Source: Octopus vulgaris (Eukaryota). From it: DNA of 64,000 nucleotides. The notes beneath the pieces were generated by a model, which saw only the letters and a program-made list of their open reading frames with translations, had not been told where the DNA came from and made no database searches. Below are positions 25,951 through 39,717 of the stretch, in pieces. The position numbers and the translations under genes are program-made. Positions within the stretch are counted from its first letter, which is position 1, and every line of letters begins with the position of its first letter. The stretch lies in NCBI GenBank assembly GCA_951406725.2, contig OX597821.1:17484001-17548000 (forward strand). Direction: 5' to 3'.

Positions 25951-26346
25951 GGCGCAGGAGTGGCTGTGTGGTAAGTAGCTTGCTTACATGGTTCCGGGTT
26001 CAGTCCCACTGCGTGGCATCTTGGGCAAGTGTCTTCTGCTATAGCCCCGGGCCGACCAATGCCTTGTGAGTGGATTTGGTAGACAGAAACTGAAAGAAGC
26101 CTGTCGTATATATGTATATATATATATATGTGTGTGTGTGTGTTTGTGTGTCTGTGTTTGTCCCCCTAGCATTGCTTGGCAACCGATGCTGGTATGTTTA
26201 CGTCCCCGTCACTTAGCGGTTCGGCAAAAGAGACCGATAGAATAAGTACTGGGCTTACAAAGAATAAGTCCCGGGGTCGATTTGATCAACTAAAGGCGGT
26301 GCTCCCGCATGGCCACAGTCCAAATGACTGAAACAAGTAAAAGAGT
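25951..26346 (+). mobile_element. SINE-A, full length
   Basis: Homologous to 4698-5121. Confidence 0.9.
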
Positions 26347-26429
26347 ATATATATATGTGTATGTATATATATATGTATATATATATGTATGTATATATAT
26401 ATGTATATATATATATATATGTATATATA

Positions 26430-26457
<28 letters not shown>

Positions 26458-26460
<3 letters not shown>

Positions 26461-26891
26461 TGTTATATTTCGGAATGGTCATATTGCCAGTTTAGCCAAT
26501 AAAAACATACGCACTATATATTTGGTGTTATTTTGCTTCAGTGATATTTATTTTTTACATTAATCTTAATCTTATTTCGGCCAAAGTTCTTTCGTCACAC
26601 TCCTGTGACCGCATCAGTGGTCCTTTGTTTTCTTCTCACAAGAGACACAAGTAAGTGAGAAGAAAACAAAGGACCACTGATGCGGTCACAGGAGTGTGAC
26701 GAAAGAACTTTGGCCGAAATAAGATTAAGATTAATGTAAAAAATAAATATCACTGAAGCAAAATAACACCAAATATATAGTGCGTGTGTTTTTATTGGCT
26801 AAACTGGCAAAATGACCATTCCGAAATATAACAATATCTGTTTCAACACACGACTTCACATAAAAAATCTTGCACAACAAATATTTAAACG
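26458..26891. mobile_element. Foldback element in (TA)n, family F2, with hammerhead-like motif
   Basis: Arms 26458-26639 / 26655-26837 (about 2 mismatches), tail 26838-26891, (TA)n flanks. Confidence 0.7.
26671..26715 (+). ncRNA. Variant minimal type I hammerhead ribozyme motif (candidate)
   Basis: CCA-CTGATGCG-GTCACA(ggag)TGTGAC-GAAAG-AA-CTT-TGG. Stems I and II and the GAAA are present, but the core deviates (CG in place of A9). Confidence 0.45.
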
Positions 26892-27250
26892 TATATATAT
26901 ATATATATATAAAATCGTCAGTAGTTCATATATCTGAAAAGAAGCACAGTCTAAAATATTAGAGCAGGGATATATTTAGAAGGTTGATTGTTTTGGCTGG
27001 TCAGAGAATGAACATTGGTTTTTGTGCCTGTAAAGGTGATTTGTGAGGCTCAAATGACCAGGGGCATATAACCTCTCCATGTTTCCTCAGATGTTTTCCT
27101 CCCTCCAGTTGTACAGAGGTTATGAGCCTCCAGCCATCTGTATCTATTGAGTCACCTATACAGCTAAGTGCCTTTTAGGTGCAATACCAATGGCCACTCT
27201 CAGACTGGGCATAACAATCAGCCTTCTAAATATATATCTATATATAGATA

Positions 27251-27408
27251 CAGGCATAGCTGTGTGGTAAGAGGCTTGCTTCCCAACCACATGGTTCTGG
27301 GTTCAGTCCCACTGCATGGCACCTTGGGCAAGTGTCTTCTACTATACTCACAGGCTGATCAAGGCCTTTTGAGTGAATTTCGTAGGCAGAAACTGAAAGA
27401 AGCCTGTC

Positions 27409-27452
<44 letters not shown>

Positions 27453-27667
27453 TTATATATTTATGTGTGTGTGTCTTTATGCCTGTGTTTGTTCCCCACC
27501 ATCGCTTGATGACCAATGTTGGTGTGTTTATGTCCCCATAACTTAGTGGTTCGGCAAATAAAATAAGTACCAAGCTTACAAAGAATAAGTCCTGGAGTGG
27601 ATTTGTTTGACTAAAAGGCAGCGCTCCTGCATGGCCAAAGTCAAATGATTGAAATAAATAAAAGAAT
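27251..27667 (+). mobile_element. SINE-A, diverged
   Basis: Homologous to 4698-5121. Confidence 0.8.
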
Positions 27668-28117
27668 ATAAGACACAAACATTTCTGTGATTGAAAAAAT
27701 TGCTTCCCAGCCACATGGTTTTGAATTTTGTCTTGTTATGTAGCACCTTGGGCAAGTGTCTTCCAGTATACCCTCAAGCCACCATAGGCTTGTGAGTAGA
27801 TTTTGTGGTAGAAACTGAGAGAAGCTTGGTCTCGCTCTCTTGCTATTTATGTGTTTGTGTGTGTGTATCTCTTTAACTTAGCATCACATAATACTTATCA
27901 TCATCATAAAAGTAGTATTATTCATTTCCCATGTTCCTTGAAAATATATCCAGCCATGGAGAAGTATTACTTTCCTTGGAAACAAGTGAAGGTTGGCAAC
28001 AGGAAGTGCATCCAGATATAAAAAATTTGCTTCAATGAATGCCTTCTGATTCATGCAAGCATGGAGAAATTGACGTTAAAATGATGATGATGGTAGCAGT
28101 GGTGGTGTTGCAGCTAT

Positions 28118-28521
28118 TTACTCTTTACTCTTTTACTAATTCAGTCATTTGACTGTGGCCATGCTGGAGCATCACCTTTAGTCAAGCATATCGACCCCGG
28201 GACTTATTCTTTGTAAGCCCAGTATTTATTCTATCAGTCTCTTTTGCCAAACCACTAAGTGACGGGGACGCAAACACACCAGCATCGGTTGTCAAGCAAT
28301 GCTAGGGGGACAAACACAGACACACAAACACACACACACATATATATATATACATATATACGACAGGCTTCTTTCAGTTTCCGTCTACCAAATCCACTCA
28401 CAAGGCATTGGTCGGCCCGGGGCTATAGCAGAAGACACTTGCCCAAGATGCCACGCAGTGGGACTGAACCCAGAACCATGTGGCTAGTTTTCAAGCTACT
28501 TACCACACAGCCACTCCTGCG
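28118..28521 (-). mobile_element. SINE-A, full length
   Basis: Reverse complement of SINE-A. Confidence 0.9.
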
Positions 28522-29015
28522 CTATCACTTATAAATGAAGAATGATCTGGTAGCATCTACTATGTTTTTGTTTAATTATTTTAGATACCTATGTAGTTAT
28601 GAGCAAGCGTAATGGCTACAAGGAGAGAGAGCTGCACCCCACCCCCCCCAGTCAGCTGGTACTCATTTTCATATGTGTGTGTGTCATAATCATTATTATC
28701 ACTTATTGCCTGTTTTCCATGCTGACATGGGTTGAAGAATTTGTGTGGGTGGGTTGGTGTGTGTGTGTATATGGTGACCCCCTTCGGTCAGACACTGACC
28801 ATGGGTTTGCACCTAGAGAGTTACCCTCCCAGGCACAAGTCTGGGCAAGGTTGTTTTATGGAAGACCAGCAGTCACCCATGCATACCAGCCTCCCCTCTC
28901 CACACCACCGATGTTATCCAAGGGAAAGGCAACAACAGATACAGCTTGGCACCTGTGACGTCACAACTAATTTCTACAACTGAGTGAACTGAGACCGTGT
29001 GCTGAAACAAAATCA

Positions 29016-29255
29016 ATTGCAGCATGGAAGATGTTTGTAAGCCATTTAAGAACGCACAAAAAAACCGTCAGTTTCACTTCAACATTTAAATTTAATTCGT
29101 GTCAAAATATTTTCGGCGCTTTGAAACCACAACCTGTTCGCTGACAAAACAACTTTTAGCCCAAAGTTTTGTCAGTGAACAGGTCGTGATGAAAAGTGAA
29201 ACTAACGGTTTTTGTGTGTTCTTAAATGGCTTATAAACATCTTCCACACTGCAAT
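29016..29255. mobile_element. MITE-like element with nested inverted repeats
   Basis: Outer arms 29016-29079 / 29194-29255 and inner arms 29132-29150 / 29166-29184. Confidence 0.65.
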
Positions 29256-29383
29256 AATATATATATATATATACACACATACAAAATAGCTAGTTGTAAA
29301 ATCTCAAGAAGAGATCAGAGTAGTAACTATATACTAACAAGTAAAGTTACTTGCCACATCAAAGTGGCTGTTCCATGTTACAC

Positions 29384-29432
<49 letters not shown>

Positions 29433-30494
29433 TTATGTATATATTACTAGGAAAATGTTGACACTGATTTCAAAGTTTCACTGTTTGTTGGTTTCATAAA
29501 ACTCTGAGGAAGGCAATGAACAGTGAAACTTAAAACGTACTATCAATCTTTTCCCAGCGAAAATAAATTGATGCTCAACTTAAATGTAGTGAATAATACT
29601 TCAGTTAATGTTTGAATGCTTGACTGTTTTAATGTATATCTATACTGAAAAAGAAAATCATTAATGTAGGTGTGTAGTTAATTATGTATGTATGTATACA
29701 CACAGATGCGCACACATGCACTCACATACAGACACATACATAAAGAGATCGAGTTCACTATTTTTATAGTTCTTAACTATTTGAAGTATTTCACATATCT
29801 TATTTCTGGTGTCTTAAGTTTAGTATATATAAATATATACAGCTTACATGAAATGGATGTATAAGGTATTTTTTTTTGTACTACGTGTCTTTCACAAATA
29901 GTGTTGTATAACATTTCACTTGATTCAACTACCTTTCGATATTTACTAAAAGAACATGAAATCCCTCAACCATTTCTCCATAGTGGGATGTCAGTGTTGG
30001 GGAATATACCTTGTTAACTAAAATATGAATTACTCAAGCAAAAATCCATGTTGAAACATTTGAGTTCATGAAACCATCCCATTTATGCTAACTTAAGAAA
30101 ATGGATTTAAAAGTCAATGTAAAACTATAACTAACACATCATGCTCTCTTGTTGATGTCTCAATAGCTCTGATACTAAAACTATTGAAATACCTTTCTTC
30201 AGTTTCTCTCTTCTATAACAACAAATCATCATCATCATCATCATCATCGTTTAACGTCCGTTTTCTGCGCTAGCACGGGTTGGATGGTTCGACCGGGGTC
30301 TGTGAAGCCAGGGGCTGCACCAGGCTCCAGTCTGATCTGGCAGTGTTTCTACAGCTGGATGCCCTTCTTAACGCCAACCACTCCGCGAGTGAATATTGAT
30401 ATTTCTATATCTTCTTCCATGGGGTCCTCAAGTTTTTGTGTCTTGGCATTCCCTTTCACAGAATGGTGTTTTACAATTGTCATATTGCCTTCAC

Positions 30495-31001
30495 TCCTTA
30501 GCATTTAAACCAGCCATATCTGGCCCAAATATTCTACATGCTTTATATTCAAACTGGCCATGTTTGGCCTCTCACACCTAACCTACTCTCTTTACTCTTT
30601 TATTTGTTTCAGTCATTTGACTGCGGCCATGCTGGAGCACCGCCTTTAGTCGAGCAAATCGACCCCGGGACTTATTCTTTGTAAGCTCAGTACTTATTCT
30701 ATTGGTCTCTTTCGCCGAACCGCTAAGTTACGGGGACGTAAACACACCAGCATCAGTTGTCAAGCAATGCGAGGGGGACAAACACGGACACACAAACATA
30801 TACACACACATACATATATATATACATGTGGTTGGTAAGCAAGCTACTTACCACACAGCCACTCCTGCGCATTGACATTCTAAAAATAAACGACCACATC
30901 ATCAAAACCTCAAGGTTATAAGACAATGCATGATTAATTCAAACAATTTGAATAAAAAGGCATTATATTTAACGGAATAGTTCAGCAAGCTAAAAGGTTA
31001 A
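30495..31001 (+). mobile_element. Same MITE family, split by a SINE-A insertion (30584-30870)
   Basis: TAGCATTTAAACCAGCCATATCTGGCC before the SINE and ...GCTAAAAGGTTAA after it are collinear with 45266-45487. Confidence 0.7.
30584..30870 (-). mobile_element. SINE-A with internal deletion
   Basis: The tail and head are present, but the segment between the internal microsatellite and the B box is missing. Confidence 0.85.
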
Positions 31002-32353
31002 TCAAACGGAAATTAATTTTGTGCAGTAGTTTATTATCCTTGTTTTCTTATGTCATTCCCCCCACAACACACACAAACACATACACACATCATGTGCCTC
31101 TTTTTAAATATTTGAATGGGACTAGTGTCCCGCTGTTCTAAATATTTATCAGAATCACTAAAGAAAGAGGAAATGATAAGGGACCCGGGGGAAGTGGCGA
31201 TTTGCTGTACTTGGTAAGACACATCAAACTAATTAAAATCACTGCCTTTCACACACACACAGGCTTGTCTTTGCATGTTCTGGTGCCACTTAAAAAAGGC
31301 ACTTGTGCCTTTGCTACTTAAAAAGCAGCCATGCATTAATGCACCTGTGCCATTGCTATGTAAATGCACTCGTGACAGTGACCTGTAAAAAGCACCCAGT
31401 ACACTCTGTAAAGTGGTTGGCATTAGGAAGGGCACCCAGCTGTAGAAACTATGCCACAACAGGCAGTTGGAATCTGGACAGCTCCCTGCTATCCAGCTCC
31501 ATGTTAAACCATGAAACCCATGCCAGCATGGAGACTGGACATTGAATGATGTTGATGATGAGTCTGTCATTATAAGCTGGTGTTTTGAACCTCAATTAGT
31601 ATGAAATTTTTATGGAATCCTTTAATGTCGGTTACCTTAAGACAGAAAGTTTGTATCAGAGGACCAAGGTTTATTTTCAAGCAGGTTGGTATCAAATGGG
31701 TCAAAGAATGATATACTAGAAGTTCCTTCATATGTTCTTCTAGTAGCCAATAACACGACCCCCCTTAAGTACCTTTAATAAGCCCTACCTTGTTGCAAGC
31801 ATTATATATATTTCTGATCGCCATTGCAAAAGGTTTTGGGTGTTCTACAAAACAAAAACATCAGTCCTTATTCAGAACCATTGTCCTGATTGATTGGTCA
31901 AAGGACTACATCTTGCTTATAAGTTTCACTTTTGGCGTAACTTCTATGACTAGATACTCTTCCTAACCACTACTTTATTTAGTGCCTTGGAAGCATATTA
32001 TCTTGACACCAGTCATATGGAGTTTATCATGTCCAGAACATTACTAAAGGGTTTTCTCTCAGCCCTATTTTATCATCCACTTTATGGAGTATACTGGGGG
32101 AATTTAATCACAGCACCAGTACTAGTGATGTTGCCTTCTACCCTGTACAACTAAAGAACCCTCACTACTGTACAGTGTGTCCCTTTAGTTAAAGTAACAT
32201 TACCAAGTGGTGAATAGTACATAGAGCAATGACAAGAAAAGTGTATTTATACAATGTGACTGTGTGGTAAGAAGTGTCTTCTACAATAGCCTCAGGCTGA
32301 TCAAAGCCTTGTGAGTTGATTTGGTTGACAGAAATTGAAAGAAGTTCATTATA

Positions 32354-32713
32354 TACTCTTTTACTCTTTTACTTGTTTCAGTCATTTGACTGCAGGCATG
32401 CTGGAGCACCGCCTTTAGTCGAGCAAATCGACCCCGGGGCTTATTCTTTGTAAGCCCAGTACTTATTCTATCGGTCTCTTTTGCCGAACCGCTAAGTGAC
32501 GGGGACATAAACACACCAGCATCAGTTGTCAAGCAATGCTAGGGAGACAAACACACACACACACATATATATATATATACACATATATACGACAGGCTTC
32601 TTTCAATTTCCGTCTACCAAATCCACTCACAAGGCATTGGTTGGCCCGGGGCTATAGCAGAAGGCACTTGCCCAAGATGCCACGCAGTGGGACTGAACCC
32701 GGAACCATGTGGA
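32354..32713 (-). mobile_element. SINE-A, head truncated
   Basis: Reverse complement of SINE-A. Confidence 0.88.
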
Positions 32714-33240
32714 TCTAAGAAAACATGATGATCTCAGTACTTCTTCATTCTGCCTCCTCATGATATGGCTATAGCATTACCTACTAACATCTGATACTTG
32801 TCGTCCTCCACCTAGTTACCGTCAGCGCCTCTACATTACAATTATATCGATTTCCTTGTACAGTATATATCTACCTTTCAATACTTCACTTCTCATTTAT
32901 TCTATTCCACCTTCGCAACTTCAAACACAATTAACATCTGATGTGGGAATTGGAATATTCTCACCAGGTGGGATCATCCTCTCAAAGAATTATTTCAGTT
33001 TATAACAATTCCTTTTGTTTCCATTAGGTATTTCAGTCTATTTATTTATTTATATATTTATTTTCGTTTTTTTTGTTTAAGCTTAGAGAGATATTGATTT
33101 TTGTCATATAATGGATTCACATTTCTTTGTATTTATATGTAATTTTTTTTTTTTTTCATTTTGCAGAGGTGTACATTTTGAAATGCTGTTAAAGCATTGT
33201 CTGCAATTTAAGCAAAAATACATACAAGTTGTGGGGGGAC

Positions 33241-33273
<33 letters not shown>

Positions 33274-33295
33274 TGTATGTGTGTGTGTGTGTGTA

Positions 33296-33329
<34 letters not shown>

Positions 33330-33821
33330 CATGTAAACCAAATACAGAGATATAAAAATATTTGCTTATTGATATCTGAATTTTTTGTGTGGTTCGAACC
33401 TTGTTGTTTAGGTCAACATCTTTTTTTTTTTTTGCAACTCTGGAGTATGTTCTGTTGGCTGTGCTATTCTAACTTGTGTGAAAGGTAGAATACAAAAGAA
33501 GATGGTTAGGTTCTAAAGATATTAATCAATGTATACAGGGATGATTGTTGTGCTCTACTGGATATGTATTATATATTGATCACTTCTACAGGATGCAAAG
33601 TACCATATATTGACAGTGGAATGTATCCCTGACAGACAAAGAATAAGATGAGATAAATGGTAAAGTCGGATTTAAGATTATTAGCCCCCGAAAAGCAACG
33701 GCTTCTAGAATTGTGAAGAACAATATTATGCTTTACTATGGACCTGTGCAACCATGCCAGCAGAATGGAAAATATATTAACCCTTTTGCTGTGCAAATCA
33801 GATATATCCACTCTCTCTCTC

Positions 33822-34043
33822 TACTCTTTTACTCTTTTCAGTCATTTGACTGCAGCCATGCTGGAGCTACCGCCTTTAGTCGAGCAAATCGACCCCGGGA
33901 CTTATTCTTTGTAAGCCCAGTACTTATTCTATCCGAACTGACTTATTCTATCCGTCACTTATTCTATCCGCTAAGTGACGGGGACGTAAACACACCAGCA
34001 TCGGTTGTCAAGCAATGCTAGGGGGACAAACACAGACACACAA

Positions 34044-34100
<57 letters not shown>

Positions 34101-34263
34101 TACGACGGGCTTCTTTCAGTTTCCGTCTACCAAATCCACTCACAAGGCATTGGTTGGCCCGGGGCTATAGCAGAAGACACTTGCCCAAGATGCCATGCAG
34201 TGGGATTGAACCCAGAACCATGTGGTTGGTTAGCAAGCTACTTACCACACAACCACTCCTGCC
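33822..34263 (-). mobile_element. SINE-A with an internal triplication of ACTTATTCTATCCG
   Basis: Reverse complement of SINE-A. The motif is repeated three times at about 33922-33970. Confidence 0.88.
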
Positions 34264-34844
34264 AAAAGCTTTGGGAAGCATTTTCATGGAAACTTTATTT
34301 TTGTTCAAATGCCATTTATTGAGGCAAGGTAACATGTAGAAAATACCAATTCTATTTTTTTGGTAGCTATTTATCATCATTACTGGAATGTCGGGATATC
34401 TAACCCTTTTGTTACCACACTTCTACTGAAATGCATCACTTTTGTTTCAATTAATTTTGAAAATGTTCAAGAATTTAATAAAATTTATGGTTTTTCGAAC
34501 ATCGCTCGTCATACTGGAATATTAATGAATGGCAAAAGTGGATCTTAGCTATCACTCCACTGCACAGGTGCATGCGGCTGAGGATGAGCCAAATAGCTTG
34601 AAACTGGGCCAGTCCTGTGATCTGCTCCCCCCTGATAACAATGTATTGTATATAAAGGATGCAGAACATTGCATTGAAAACCAGCTGGTGGAGAATCTGC
34701 CTGGGGCTAAGCTAGTAGTGACATTCAACTGTCACTTTGATGTGGCTACTCACTTTACTGTTCAATGAAATTTAATTTCGTAGTTAAAGGATTAAGATAT
34801 GAATGCATTATAATATTTCTTTCAAGTCTTGTGCCCATAGTGAT

Positions 34845-35590
34845 AGGCACAAGGCTTGAAATTTTAGGGGTGAGGATTAGTCGACTGGTAAATATTTTAT
34901 CAACCACAAAGGTATTAAAAGGTACAATCAACCTCAACGAAATTTGAACTCAGAACATAAAAACGTGACATACTAAGTCCTTTGTGCAGTGTGCTTGCAA
35001 CTCTGTCCGCTCACTGCCTTCATGTATGCTTAACCACAAGGTCTGAAGTACGTGGGGAAGGGTTCAATTGATACCATCAAAACCAGTTCTTGACTGGTGT
35101 TTTAGCTTATTGAACTCGGAAGGATGACAAATAAGGTCAGCCTCAGCAGGGTTTGAACTCAGATGTTAAAGGGCTAGAATGAAGGTCTTTTAACCAATAC
35201 TCTAGTGATTCTGCCTATAATGATAATGATTTCAAATGTTGGCACAAGGCCAGCAATTTCAATGCAATGGGTAAATTGATTACATTATTGACCCCAGTAG
35301 TCAACTGGTATTTCTTTTATCGACCTTGAAAGGATGAAAGACAAAGTCAACCTTCATGGAATTTGGACTCAGAACGTAAAGACAGATGAAATGCTGCTAA
35401 GTATTTCACGCAGCATGCTAACAATTCTGCCAGCTCATTGTCTTAATAATTTTTACTATTATAGGCACAGGGCCTGAAATTTTAGGGAAGGGGACTAGTT
35501 GATTACATCAACCCCAGAATTTCACTGGTACTTAATTTATTGACCCTGAAAGAATGAAAGGCGAAGTCAACCTCAGTGGGATTTTCACCA
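34845..35590 (-). repeat. Cluster of about 4 decayed SINE-B copies in tandem
   Basis: Repeated GGCACAAGGCCTGAAAT...GACCCCAG..ACTGGTA...AAGGATGAAAG..AAAGTCAACCT...TTTGAACTCAGAAC blocks. Confidence 0.7.
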
Positions 35591-36052
35591 CCTTAATAAT
35601 AATGATAATAATCATCATCATCGTTTAACGTCCGTTTTCCATGCTAGCATGGGTTGGATGGTTCAACCGGGGTCTGGGAAGCCAGGAGGCTGCACCAGGC
35701 TCCAGTCTGATCTGGCAGTGTTTCTACAGCTTGATGCCCTTCCTAATGCTGACCACTCTGTGAGTGTAGTGGGTGCTTTTTACAAGCCACTGGCCCGGGG
35801 GCCAGGGGAGACTGGCAACAGCCATGATCGGCTGGTGCTTTTTATGTGCCACCGGCACGGAAGCCAGTTGTGCCACCAATCTTTCTACTAAAGGCATAAG
35901 GCCTGAAATTTTCAGGGAAGGGGTCTAGTTAATTTCATCAACCCCCAGTACTCAAGTGGTATTTAATTTATCAACCCCTAAAGGATGAAAGGGAAAGTCA
36001 ACCTTGACAGAATTTGAACTCTGAGCATAAAGTTGGACAAAATGTCAATATA

Positions 36053-36215
36053 GGTGCAGGAGTGGCTGTGTGGTAAGTAGCTTGCTAACCAACCACATGG
36101 TTCCGGGTTCAGTCCCACTGCGTGGCATCTTTGGCAAGTGTCTTCTGCTATAGACCCGGGCCAACCAATGCCTTGTGAGTGGATTTGGTAGACGGAAACT
36201 GAAAGAAGCCCGTCG

Positions 36216-36248
<33 letters not shown>

Positions 36249-36468
36249 GCGTGTACGTTTGTGTGTCTGTGTTTGTCCCCCTAACATTGCTTGACAACCG
36301 ATGCTGGTGTGTTTACGTCCCCGTCACTTAGCGGTTCGGCAAGAGACCGATAGAATAAGTACTGGGCTTACTAAGAATAAGTCTCGGGGTCGAGTTGCTC
36401 GATTAAAGGCGGTGCTCCAGCATGGCCGCAGTCAAAATGACTGAAACAAGTAAAAAAAAAAAAAAAAG
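36053..36468 (+). mobile_element. SINE-A nested inside a minus-strand SINE-B
   Basis: Flanks 35885-36043 and 36470-36510 join into one SINE-B copy. Confidence 0.85.
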
Positions 36469-36509
36469 GATTTTGCCCTGCATGTTAATGACTCTGTCAG
36501 CTTGCCACC

Positions 36510-36557
<48 letters not shown>

Positions 36558-38455
36558 GTAATAAAAATAATAATCTGAGAGGCGAAATTGAAGTAAAGAA
36601 AAAGGAACAGGTATATAGAATTTCTTTAATGCTCTTTAGGTTCCGTTTTTGCTCTGAAAGCTATTTTATATTTATGACTTATTGACGTTAACACTCGGAA
36701 TCGTTACACATCAAAATGAGAGATTGGCTCTTCACCTCTATACAGGGAAATGCTAGATATAGCAGCCAAATTACACTTTACCGTCTCGATAAAAAAAAAA
36801 AGGTGAGGACACTTTGGCTACTGTATTCTGTGATTCCTTTAAAAGAAAGGAATGCCTTTATTCTCTAAAGGTCTGATCTGAGAATAAACTACAACCAACT
36901 TACTATAAAGAAACTAAATCTTCAAAGATATTCCTGTTTTATCGTATAAAAATATAATTCAAGTGTAAAAATATTCTTACTCTAAACATAATGATCATCT
37001 CCTTACTATAAAATTCACTGAGGCAGTGAATATTAACAGAAAATGTATCTCAAATTCCTAACATTTAGAAGGCAACCATCTTTTTGTTATATATCTATCG
37101 GAATAATCAAATTTGCATTAAATTGAAGATCCAACTGTTAAAAGGGCCTCGATCATATTGATTTTCTTATCACTCTAAGACTTTCGGAACTTGGGTCGTG
37201 AATTCAGATTTCCAGATATAAGGGAGATAACTCTTTTTTCTTAATGTTAAATATGTTAATGCCATTATTTATTTTGTTCTTTTTTGCGTTTTATTAAAAT
37301 GTTAGCTTGAAGAACACGATGTCTCTAACAGTTGCTATCTGTAATTATTATAGATTTTATATGTAAACTCCTCTAAATTATAGTGGCAGGGGTGTTAACC
37401 GTTTCATATCCAACGATAATAACAGTATGTTTGATATCTACACATAATTTAAATAAGCGCAGATTTTTTTTTTTTAACTCACATGCATAAAATATTTTTT
37501 TTTAGCTGTGGAAATTGAAATGCTTTATGCTGTGTCTATTATAATGTTCAGCTTTAAATAGTCTACAGGTTTTTTTTTTTTTTATTTAAAGCGGGCAGAG
37601 AATTAGAATTGCATTACCTTGTTGTTTATTAGCACCTGGCTGGTGGCTTAGTGGTTAGGGTGTTGGACTCATGATTGTAAGATTGTGGTTTTGAGTCCTG
37701 GACAGGACGACACCTTGCGTTCTTGAGCGAACCACTTCACTTCACGTTGCTCCATTCCACAAAGCTGGCAAAGATGAGTAATCGTGTGATGGACCAGCGT
37801 CCTGTCCAGGTAGGGAATATATACGCCATGAAAACTGGGAAAGGAAATTTTGCCTATTACTTGCAATCATAAACTAGACCTATGATCAAAGACGTTCATA
37901 GCTGGGATGGCCCCCTTGCTTTTTTTCTCTGAGCACAGTAAAATAAGGACCACATTGCCTTACACAATGTGTTGAGCATAATATGAGAGAAATTTAATTT
38001 TTTACAAGTCAAGCAACCACGCAGAGCCATGATTCTTTTTATCTTTTTTCTGTATACTCCCTTTTACAAGTTCCCCATCGTCATTCCCCTAGCATGTAAT
38101 TAGCAAAAAGTAGCCTTGTATACATTATAATGTACTGCATAACATTAACAGCTTTTAGCATCCTTAAAGTTATCATTAAGATGCAGGTATGGATTTGTGG
38201 TTAAGAAGTTTGCTTCCCGACCATACGATTTCAGGTTCAGTTCCACTGCATTCTGCCTTGGATAAGTCTCTTCTACTATAACCCTGGGGTGACCAAGGCC
38301 ATGTGAACAGATTTGGTCGATGGAAACTGAAAGAAGCTCATTGTTTGAGATTTGGTGTGAGTTGTTTTGCCATTCTATGACTTTCAGGTGTTTTAACTTC
38401 CAGTGCTTTGAGGGAGTCACAGCCTAGCGGTGAACAAGCAAAGTATGTTCTTTAA

Positions 38456-38676
38456 CCCTTTAGTGTTAGCATTATTCTGCCAAAATTAATGCTTCTTCAT
38501 CTACATTGTTTTGAACTAATTGTGCATTATCTTGTAGCTATGAGATTTTGATGAGGTAGCTGTTAATTTCTAAAAGGATAATGTAGGGTTGGTGTGAGAG
38601 ACCAGATCTGGCCATTTTGAAAATAAAATAGGCAGAATACTTCTGGCCGGATATGGCCAGTTTAAATGCTGAAGGG
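38456..38676 (-). mobile_element. piggyBac-type MITE, same family in the opposite orientation
   Basis: TTAA-CCCTTTAG...CTGAAGGG-TTAA. The body is the reverse complement of 45266-45487. Confidence 0.85.
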
Positions 38677-39717
38677 TTAAGTATGTGTAGTCAATAATGT
38701 TTACAACATTTGCACTGCTTCTAATGCATATTTGAATTTATTCTAACGTATGCATCATTGGGGCATACTAGCAAATAGCTTTTCTACTATTTGTATATAG
38801 TCATGGACTGGTAATTCAGTTCACCCTTGATTTAGTTCAGGTATGTGATGCAGATAATCTTCAGAAACGGCCAAACATCAATGTCCATCACTCCTGCATG
38901 GGATTTGGGATGAGTTGTCTCACTTGTCTATAACTTTTAGGTGTTTTAACACCTGGTGCTTTGAGGGAATCATCCTCACTGCAGCTTATAAGCAAATAAG
39001 CAAAGCACATACATCGAGCGTCTGTGGTTTATGATATATATATATATATGTGTGTGTGTGTGGTGTGTGTGTATTTATCCATAATGTATGTATGTGTGAG
39101 TATATGTTTGTGTCTCTTTTCCTTGACATCGCATGATTATTGTAAATGGATATCATTCATTTCCAGTCTCCTGTAAAATCATATCTGGCCAAAGGGAGAT
39201 ATTGCCTTGCTTGGAAGCAGTCATATTATATCTGTTTATCGAAGCATATACTGTTCAGTACCTGATAATAACTAGAGTTACAAATTCTTTTCCGTTATGT
39301 ACCTTGATATTACTGGGTGTTACTAATTCTATTTATTGAATATATCTTTGTATATTTTACTGAACCAAATTTCTAATCAAATTTCCACACTCTATGAAGC
39401 AGGATTGTCAATTGCTTGATACCTATAGTGTAACACTTGAAGCCATCATTTTACTATTGATGAATGCATGTCACCCCAATTTCAGCCACATCTCTGTCAC
39501 TGCCATTTCCAGCTTGTATTATTTCATCTGGGTCTAGAGAAAGTGCTACTGTTTGATTAATGCCATTATTTTGCAAAAATAAAAATATTCACCAAGGACA
39601 AATGAAAAACACAAGGAGTGAAAGAGTATTTAATAGAAACAAAGAGAGAGGTAGGTGAAGCAATGAATGTGTCAAGCATCTGTTCAGCAAATAACAGTGA
39701 TGCTATTACTGTGACTA

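Noticed and set aside
33140-33235. Strong-looking splice acceptor (poly-T...TTGCAG)
   Set aside because: No convincing donor or coding signal downstream, and such tracts are common in this AT-rich DNA.
34529-34768. 79-aa ORF with protein-like composition
   Set aside because: There is no recognisable domain or splice support. The opposite strand weakly resembles a decayed RT segment (IVIRGEQ..QF..GS), so it is probably a LINE relic.
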